49,845 nt of DNA, taken from positions 1-49,845 of the forward strand of contig CAYXMJ010000001.1 in NCBI GenBank assembly GCA_964465915.1. The letters run 5' to 3'. This stretch comes from an uncultured Acidimicrobiaceae bacterium (GTDB taxonomy: Bacteria > Actinomycetota > Acidimicrobiia > Spongiisociales > UBA5794). The notes below the pieces were generated by a model. It was not told the origin of the DNA. It did no database searches and was given only the letters and a program-made list of their open reading frames with translations. A program made the position numbers and the translations under genes. Below, piece by piece: positions 43,679 to 49,845 of the stretch. The first letter of the stretch is position 1; the number at the start of each line of letters is the position of its first letter.

Positions 43679-44454
43679 GCGTCCTCGTATGTTCAGAGGT
43701 AGAGGCGGCCTACAACGGATCTCGGGTACTCGCCGGCATCACCTTGCATGTCGATCCCTGCGAGTGGGTGGCGCTGATCGGGCCGAACGGGGCCGGGAAA
43801 TCGACATTGCTGCGGGTCGTGGCCGGAGTGATGAGTCCCGTCGCGGGACAGGTCAAGATCGATGGCGTTGCCCTCGACTCCCTAACCCGCCGGGCGGCAG
43901 CTCGGAGCGTGGCGATGGTTCCGCAGACTCCGACGATTCCGGAGGGGATGACGGTTCGGGAGTATGTGTTGCTCGGGCGGACGCCCTATGTCTCATACTG
44001 GGGCTCTGAGTCGGCGGACGACATCGCAACCGTGACCACCATCTTGGGGCGACTCGACCTCGACCAATTGGGGCACCGTCCGATGCAAGCCCTGAGCGGC
44101 GGAGAGCGCCAGCGGGCGGTGCTGGCGCGGGCGCTGGCACAAGAGGCGGGACTCCTCTTACTCGACGAACCGACCGCCGCCCTCGACCTGGGGCACCAGC
44201 AGCAGGTGCTCGATCATGTCGACGAGTTGCGGCGCTCGAGCAGCATCGGCGTGCTGAGCGCGATGCACGATCTAACCCTTGCGGCCCACTACGCCGACCG
44301 ACTGGTGCTCATCGACAATGGATTGGTGGCCGCGTCGGGCCCGGCAAGCGAGGTACTGACCGCCGAGCATCTTGATGCCCACTTTGGGGCTGCTGTGAGC
44401 ATTCTGCACGACGCCGACGGGAGGCTGATTGTGGCTCCCCGTCGCCCCGCCTAG
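43675..44454 (+). CDS. ABC transporter ATP-binding protein (BtuD/FepC type)
   Basis: The ATG at 43675 forms an ATGA overlap with the permease stop. Walker A GPNGAGKSTLL, signature LSGGERQR, Walker B LLLLDEP. The long track ORF starting at 42838 is an out-of-frame extension through the permease gene. Confidence 0.92.
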   Translation: MSVLVCSEVEAAYNGSRVLAGITLHVDPCEWVALIGPNGAGKSTLLRVVAGVMSPVAGQVKIDGVALDSLTRRAAARSVAMVPQTPTIPEGMTVREYVLLGRTPYVSYWGSESADDIATVTTILGRLDLDQLGHRPMQALSGGERQRAVLARALAQEAGLLLLDEPTAALDLGHQQQVLDHVDELRRSSSIGVLSAMHDLTLAAHYADRLVLIDNGLVAASGPASEVLTAEHLDAHFGAAVSILHDADGRLIVAPRRPA

Positions 44455-44461
44455 CCGTCCT

Positions 44462-45211
44462 TCATCCGGAGATCATGCCGTCGAAGAGGCTGCCGATCCC
44501 GTAGGCCAGGACGCCGCCGATGCCGGCGATGACGAGGTTCTCCAGGCCGGCCTTGAGGGGTGGAGTCCTCGTCACCCGCGTCTTGACCACACCAACGACG
44601 AAGAGGCCGAGCATCGACAAGGCGGCGGCCCAGGCCAGGCCCACACCGGTGTCGTCGGTGATCACGAAGGGGACCACGGATGGCAGGGAACCGAGCACGA
44701 ACAGCGCGCCGGACATGAACATTGCCATGTACGGCGACCGGCGCTCACTGTCGGCGACCCCAAACTCCAGGGACTTCATCGCGTTGAGCAGCGTCTCGTC
44801 GGAGCGGGCGAAGGCGGCGACTACCCCGTCCATCTCGTCCTCGGCGACGCCCATGTCCGTGAAGAAGCCACGTAGTTGGTCGACCTCCTGCTGGCGGAAG
44901 TGCTTGATGTGGGTCTTCTCCAGGGCGATCTCAGAGTCGAGGACCTCTTCTTGGGACTTCGTCGCCAGGTATTCGCCTGCGGCCATCGAGATGGATCCGG
45001 CGATGGCGCCGGCAACCGCCGTGAGCAGCACCTGCTCTGCGGTCAGGCCGCCGCCGACCACACCGGCGACGAGCAGGAACATCGAGACCAGGCCGTCGTT
45101 GACACCCAGCACGATGTCTCGCCAGTACTGGCGGGAGATACCCACGTGGGGTTCGTAGGCCACGCCGTCGGCGCTGATCGGTGGGGTTGGCGAGGAGGCG
45201 GAATCGGTCAT
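44462..45211 (-). CDS. VIT1/CCC1-family (vacuolar-iron-transporter-like) membrane protein
   Basis: From the ATG at 45211: …YWRDIVLGVNDGLVSMFLLVAGVVGG…GSISMAAGEYLATKSQEE…, a cytoplasmic helical insert, and C-terminal TM helices. This is the classic VIT1 pattern. Confidence 0.85.
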   Translation of the reverse strand: MTDSASSPTPPISADGVAYEPHVGISRQYWRDIVLGVNDGLVSMFLLVAGVVGGGLTAEQVLLTAVAGAIAGSISMAAGEYLATKSQEEVLDSEIALEKTHIKHFRQQEVDQLRGFFTDMGVAEDEMDGVVAAFARSDETLLNAMKSLEFGVADSERRSPYMAMFMSGALFVLGSLPSVVPFVITDDTGVGLAWAAALSMLGLFVVGVVKTRVTRTPPLKAGLENLVIAGIGGVLAYGIGSLFDGMISG

Positions 45212-45308
45212 GACGAAGGAGTGTACCCAACGCCGGTATCGGCCGACCGTCCTCAGGTTCGGCGCGCTGGGTGACGATGAATGTAGGAGGTACAAGTCAG
45301 GAAGCGAT

Positions 45309-45728
45309 ATGGTCGGCGATCTGGTGATAGAAACCCTCCCAGCCCCAGCACGAATGGCGAGAGAACGCGTTCGGATGGATCGGGAACTGCATCGGGTGGT
45401 TGCGGAGAGCCCCCGCCTTGCCCCAAGCTCTTGCGACGTAGTGCCCGCCACCGTCGTCGGTGATCCCGGCGGCATTCGACTCATCGTTCGCAGCCTGTTG
45501 CGGTGTGCACTCGGCCGAGGTTCCGAAGCCGAAGTCACCGTACGTTCGCTGGGGGACGGCTACGTCTTCACCGTGAGTGGTCCGCTCAGTGGCGGTGAGC
45601 CATGTGAAGCGTCTGGCCCGCTCGATCTCGAACGATCGGCATCGCTGGCAACGCGCATGGGTGGGACGATCCGCTCCCGACTCGAACCGGACCGGTCCGT
45701 CCTGGAGTTCTGGCTGGCCGCGTCGTAG
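45309..45728 (+). pseudogene. Orphan fragment resembling the C-terminal HATPase_c domain of a histidine kinase, with degenerate ATP-binding boxes; possible gene remnant
   Basis: …VVGDPGGIRLIVRSLLRCALGRG… is N-box-like. …VTVRSLGDGYVFTVSGPL… occupies the place of the DxGxG G1 box. …LATRMGGTIRSRLEPDRSVLEFWL is a G2/C-terminal-like strand. No HisKA/H-box lies upstream. The third-codon-position GC bias is visibly weaker than in neighbouring genes. Confidence 0.35.
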
Positions 45729-45739
45729 CGGCTGGCCGG

Positions 45740-46906
45740 TCAGTCCGCAGCCGCGTGAGAGCGCAGCATCTCGCGGGCGATGATCAACTGTTGGATCTGG
45801 GTGGTCCCTTCATAGAGCCGAAAGAGGCGGACGTCTCGATACAGGCGTTCGACGGCGTAGTCGGCGACGTAGCCGGCCCCACCGTGGATCTGGACGGCTC
45901 GATCGACGACGCGGCCGACCATCTCTGAGGCAAACATCTTGGCGCTTGACGCCTCCAAGGTGACCCTGGCCCCGTCGTCCCGTCGCCGGGCGGCATCGAG
46001 CACCATTGCCCTGGCGGCGTAGGCCTCTGCCCGACTGTCGGCCAGCATTGCCTGGATGAGTTGGTGCTCGGCAATCGGTTTGCCGAACTGCTTGCGGTTG
46101 ACGGCAAAGTCGAGGGCGTCCGCGATGAGGCGCTCGGCGACGCCAACACACACCGCCGCGATATGGAGGCGACCCCGGTCGAGGACCTTCATCGCGGTAC
46201 GAAAGCCGGCCCCTTCCATGGCAGGCCCGCCGATGATGGCTTCGGCCGGAACCCGGCAATCTCTCAGGATGACGTCGGCGACGTGGCTTCCTTGTTGACC
46301 CATCTTCCGTTCCAGAGTGCCGATTTCGACGCCGGGTGTGTCCGCCGGTACGAGGAAAGCGCTCACGCCGGCCGCTCCGGAGATAGCGGGGTTGGATCTG
46401 GCCATGACCGTGAAGAGCCCGGCCTCGGGGGCGTTGGTGATGTACCGCTTGGTTCCGTTCAGCACGAAGTCGTCGCCGTCGCGGTCGGCTCTGGTCTGCA
46501 GAGAGGCGGCGTCCGACCCCACATCTGGTTCGGTCAGGGCGAACGAGCCGATGATTTGTCCCGACGCCAACGCAGGCAGCCATCGGTCCCGCTGGTTGGC
46601 GGTCCCGTCGATCACGATGCCCTGCGATCCGATGCCGTTATTGGTTCCCAGCAGGGAGCGGAAGGCGGGGGACGTTTGTCCCAGAGCGAAGGCGACATAC
46701 ATCTCCTCCTCGGCCGTCATACCCAACCCGCCGTATTCCTCGGGGATGGTCATTCCGAATAGGCCCATGTCCCGCATGAGGGCAACGACGGTCGCGGGAA
46801 TGTGATCCTCGGTGGCCACCTGGGCCTCGATTGGGCGCAGCCGCTCTGCCACGAATTGGTTGATCGTGTCGAGGACCTGATCGAGCACGGCTTGGTCACG
46901 GATCAT
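45740..46906 (-). CDS. Acyl-CoA dehydrogenase
   Basis: 388 aa. …GSFALTEPDVGSDAASL…, …FVLNGTKRYITNA…, …QIHGGAGYVADYAVERLYRDVRLFRLYEGTTQIQ…. Confidence 0.92.
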   Translation of the reverse strand: MIRDQAVLDQVLDTINQFVAERLRPIEAQVATEDHIPATVVALMRDMGLFGMTIPEEYGGLGMTAEEEMYVAFALGQTSPAFRSLLGTNNGIGSQGIVIDGTANQRDRWLPALASGQIIGSFALTEPDVGSDAASLQTRADRDGDDFVLNGTKRYITNAPEAGLFTVMARSNPAISGAAGVSAFLVPADTPGVEIGTLERKMGQQGSHVADVILRDCRVPAEAIIGGPAMEGAGFRTAMKVLDRGRLHIAAVCVGVAERLIADALDFAVNRKQFGKPIAEHQLIQAMLADSRAEAYAARAMVLDAARRRDDGARVTLEASSAKMFASEMVGRVVDRAVQIHGGAGYVADYAVERLYRDVRLFRLYEGTTQIQQLIIAREMLRSHAAAD

Positions 46907-46948
46907 CGGCTGTGAGGGTACCGAGCCGACGGTACCGCTGCAGGTCCT

Positions 46949-49822
46949 TCAACCGGCGGCTGCACCCGCTCTTGGCCCCACTGCGGCCTCGTCGGCGAGA
47001 GGGAGGAAGAGTTCGAAGCGGGTCCAGTTGCCCTCCCGAGTGTGGCACACGTCTCCTCCCATGAGGCGGGCCAGTTCGCGAGCCACCGACAAGCCCAGCC
47101 CAACCGAGGCCGGTTGTGTGCCGGCTTCATGGGCGCGGGCATAGGGCTGGAAGACTTGGTCCTGGAGCGAGTCGGGGATTCCGTCGCCATCGTCGAGCAC
47201 GGCGACAATGGATCCACGGTCACGCTGCAGCAACTCGATCCGGACGTGGGTTCCGCCGTGGCGCCGGGCATTGGTGATGAGATTGCGAACGATCTGGCGG
47301 AACCGGCCTGGATCGGCCCAGACGGCTGCGGTCTCGCCCACAACCTCGAAGTCCTCGCCATGGGTGGAGTGCAGTCCCGTCAATACGGCGTCAACCTCGC
47401 GTCGAACGTCGACCGCGTGAGGGGTCACGACGAGGGTGCCGACGCTGGTACGCGCCGCGGTGAGGAGGTCCTCGACGATTCCGGCCACCTCGTTGCTCTG
47501 CTCGGCAATCAGCGCCACAAACTCGGCGATTTCCTTGTCGTCGAAGTCCGGGCGGCGGTGCTGCAACTCGTCGGACAGTCCGACCACTGCCGTCAGCGGC
47601 GTGCGGAGTTCATGGCTGACTGTGGCGACAAACTCATCCTTGGCGCGCACGAGTTCCTCCAACCGATGGCGAGAAGCCTGCCGATCCCAGAAGGCCCCGA
47701 TCATCTCGGCGGCCGTGTGCAGCATCGCGATCTCGTCCGGGTGCCACTCACGACGGGTCTCGTATTCGGTGAAGCCCAGCGACCCGATCCATCGTCCGGC
47801 CGAGAGGATTGGGATGTTGAGTTCGGTCAGGCAGCGGTCGTTCGCATAGATGCGGCGTTCGTCGTCGGTGAGGCGAGCGGTGTCGATCACGACCGGTTGG
47901 CCTGCGGCGAGGGCGTCGCGCATTCTTGGCACCCAGTCGTACGGTGTCTTGGGGGAAGTGGGTTGACCGGTGATCTCGTCGATCCCGAGTTCTCGGCTGA
48001 CTATGTGCTCGAACCCTGGCCTGACTGCCTCGTGCACGACGCGTGCGCACAGACCGAGTTCGGGATCACTCTCGTTGACGTCGACGAAGACTTTGGGGGC
48101 GTTGGTGGCCGAGAGTAGTTCTCGCAGGGCGACATCGACGGCCGATTCTGCGTCCGAGGTCAGCAGCGCTCGGGAGCAGTTCGCCAGAGCCTTCTCATAG
48201 GTGAGGCTGGTATCGAGCGAGGTGACCAGCCGTTCGAGAGTACGACGAGCGTCGCGCCGCTCCCAGAAGGATCCGATCATGTTGGCTGCGGTACGCAACG
48301 CGCTGATCTCGCCCGGTGTCCAGCGGCGTTCCTCCACGTAGTGACCGAAGGCGAGCGACCCGTGCCATGAGCCTCGTACCTGGATCGGCAGGCAGAGCTC
48401 TGTCTTCACCCCGTCGTCCTCGTAGAGTTCGCGCTCTCGTCCGGTGAGGTCGGCGGTGACGACGAACGAGGGGCGGCCACTGCGGAGATCCTCGTATGCG
48501 GTCGGCACCTCGGAATAGGGACCCGCCCACCACTCCTTTTGGCCTGCTGGGATCGGGACTCGTTCTGCATCATGCACGATCCTGGCGCAGAGACCCCCGG
48601 CCGGATCGGTGTAGTTGATGTCGACATAGGCGTAGTCGGCGGAGGTCGCTTCGAGCAGGGCATCGAGGGCGGCATCCAACGCAAGATCGTGGTCGGAAGT
48701 GAGCAGGGAGGCCGAGCAGTCGGCAAGAGCCGTTTGATACTGGCGCTCCTCCTCGAGGTCGTGGATGCTGGCCTCGAGGCGATGGCGGGCCTCATTGCGT
48801 TCGAGAAACGACCCGAACATCTCGGCTGCCGTAGTGAGCAAGGTGTTGTCGTAGCGAGACCAATCCCGCTGACCCGTGGTGTCACAGAAGCCGATGACGC
48901 CGTACCAGGTGCCGTCTACGAAGATGGGCAGTGCGAGTTCCGAGACGAGGTCGGTGGAGTCGTAGAGCTCACGGAGCCTGCCGCCAAGGTTGGCTACGTG
49001 GAACTCGTGCGACCAACCTGCCTCGAGCCGCTTCCGGGCGTCCGGGCACCACGACCACGGCACGAGGTCCCACGTCCCTGCAGCGTCGCTCTCGACACCA
49101 GAGCGGAGCAACTCCTGCTGGAGGGAGGAACACAGGCCGCGGTGGGGGTCGTTGACGTTCTTCTCGATGAAGACGGAGTCGGCTTCGGTGGCGGCTAGCA
49201 GCGCCGCGAGCGCGGCGTGTTCCGGGTTCTCACGACCACCGCCGAGCAACGCTGCGGAGCATTGGGCCAGGGCACGATCCACGGCGACGCGTCGCCCGCT
49301 GCGACGGGACTCGGCGTTCAGGATCGCAATCACCGCTGAGACGAGACCTAGAAACGCCGCGGTGAAGAGAACCCCGACGATCGTGCCGGCAACCATCGTT
49401 TGCACTTCGGTCAGTTGCGGAACCTCGACGGGGAGCCAATGCCAGGTGGTCGCCGTGTACCCAAGGCCAGCGTAGACCACGGTGGGGATGGCCCACCGGA
49501 AAGGGAGCAAGAGGAAAGCCGCCAGGGTCAAGTAGGACCACGGAATGCCGAGGACCGCGGGATTCACGTCGATGTAGGCGAGGGCGATGTAGATCCCGGT
49601 GATCTCGATGAAGAGCGATAGGACCGGCGGGCCAGTGGACTTGGAGCGCAGCCAGACGGTTGCGTCGAGGACCGCCAGCAGGGCGAAGAACGCCGCGACG
49701 TAACCGGGGGTCCAGCCCCAGATGACGGCGAGCAAGGCGCCGACGCTGGCGATGACGAGACCCTGAGGAGCACGGGCCTGTTGCCAGATCTGGTCGAGGC
49801 GGTGACGCCGGCGCTCGGTCAA
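46949..49822 (-). CDS. Membrane sensor histidine kinase: N-terminal polytopic domain (about 5-6 TM), three tandem GAF-like modules, HisKA, HATPase_c
   Basis: H-box FVATVSHELRTPLTAVVGLSDEL. N-box IVRNLITNARRHGG. G1 DDGDGIP. G2 GLGLSVARELARLMGG. Three repeats of about 190 aa each share the pattern RxRLE…Y(Q/E)xALAxCSxxLL…LLxAT…GLCA…. TTG start at 49822, close to the window edge. Confidence 0.88.
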   Translation of the reverse strand: MTERRRHRLDQIWQQARAPQGLVIASVGALLAVIWGWTPGYVAAFFALLAVLDATVWLRSKSTGPPVLSLFIEITGIYIALAYIDVNPAVLGIPWSYLTLAAFLLLPFRWAIPTVVYAGLGYTATTWHWLPVEVPQLTEVQTMVAGTIVGVLFTAAFLGLVSAVIAILNAESRRSGRRVAVDRALAQCSAALLGGGRENPEHAALAALLAATEADSVFIEKNVNDPHRGLCSSLQQELLRSGVESDAAGTWDLVPWSWCPDARKRLEAGWSHEFHVANLGGRLRELYDSTDLVSELALPIFVDGTWYGVIGFCDTTGQRDWSRYDNTLLTTAAEMFGSFLERNEARHRLEASIHDLEEERQYQTALADCSASLLTSDHDLALDAALDALLEATSADYAYVDINYTDPAGGLCARIVHDAERVPIPAGQKEWWAGPYSEVPTAYEDLRSGRPSFVVTADLTGRERELYEDDGVKTELCLPIQVRGSWHGSLAFGHYVEERRWTPGEISALRTAANMIGSFWERRDARRTLERLVTSLDTSLTYEKALANCSRALLTSDAESAVDVALRELLSATNAPKVFVDVNESDPELGLCARVVHEAVRPGFEHIVSRELGIDEITGQPTSPKTPYDWVPRMRDALAAGQPVVIDTARLTDDERRIYANDRCLTELNIPILSAGRWIGSLGFTEYETRREWHPDEIAMLHTAAEMIGAFWDRQASRHRLEELVRAKDEFVATVSHELRTPLTAVVGLSDELQHRRPDFDDKEIAEFVALIAEQSNEVAGIVEDLLTAARTSVGTLVVTPHAVDVRREVDAVLTGLHSTHGEDFEVVGETAAVWADPGRFRQIVRNLITNARRHGGTHVRIELLQRDRGSIVAVLDDGDGIPDSLQDQVFQPYARAHEAGTQPASVGLGLSVARELARLMGGDVCHTREGNWTRFELFLPLADEAAVGPRAGAAAG

Positions 49823-49845
49823 CGAGAACGCGCCGTAGTAGCGCC

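Overview
This GC-rich window is the chromosomal replication-origin neighbourhood of an actinobacterium. Gene order matches the Mycobacterium/Streptomyces origin region. A deep-branching lineage such as Acidimicrobiia is only a guess.

Gene content, left to right:
- A translationally coupled arginine operon on the minus strand, argC-argJ-argB-argR-argG-argH, with no argD or argF.
- A small membrane protein, a lipoprotein glycoside hydrolase and an acyl-CoA dehydrogenase.
- A 767-aa proline/acid-rich, membrane-anchored repeat protein.
- CCA-adding enzyme, zinc-ribbon RNase HI, an isolated PilT ATPase, and a divergent deacetylase/GNAT pair.
- A stand-alone MviN-type pseudokinase, then ECF sigma, anti-sigma, small membrane protein, trxB, trxA and a CwlM-like protein.
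- The minus-strand block parB-parA-rsmG-jag-yidC-yidD-rnpA-rpmH.
- DnaA-box clusters on both sides of dnaA, then dnaN-recF-DUF721(DciA-like)-gyrB-gyrA-DUF3566.
- DUF2007, a thioredoxin-fold/NHL lipoprotein and two hypotheticals.
- A cobalamin riboswitch driving a BtuFCD-like ABC importer.
- A VIT1/CCC1 transporter, a decayed histidine-kinase fragment, a second acyl-CoA dehydrogenase and a triple-GAF sensor kinase.

No rRNA, tRNA, CRISPR array, transposase or integrase was seen. Many gene pairs share 4-nt stop/start overlaps: 3072-3075, 3536-3539, 27581-27584, 27883-27886 and 43675-43678.

I found no convincing new multi-gene system; most of the window is conserved housekeeping. The most notable items are:
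- the compact dnaA-dnaN spacer with a DnaA-trio-like CTA run, plus a second box cluster upstream of dnaA;
- the MurJ-less MviN pseudokinase module alongside a catalytically degenerate CwlM;
- the 767-aa disordered membrane protein and the highly structured 390-nt leader in front of it;
- rnpA, whose conserved N-terminus lies upstream of any canonical start codon;
- a perfect palindrome on the argC promoter.

The very long ORFs antisense to gyrBA, dnaA, dnaN, fadE and the arg genes are treated as GC-driven artefacts.
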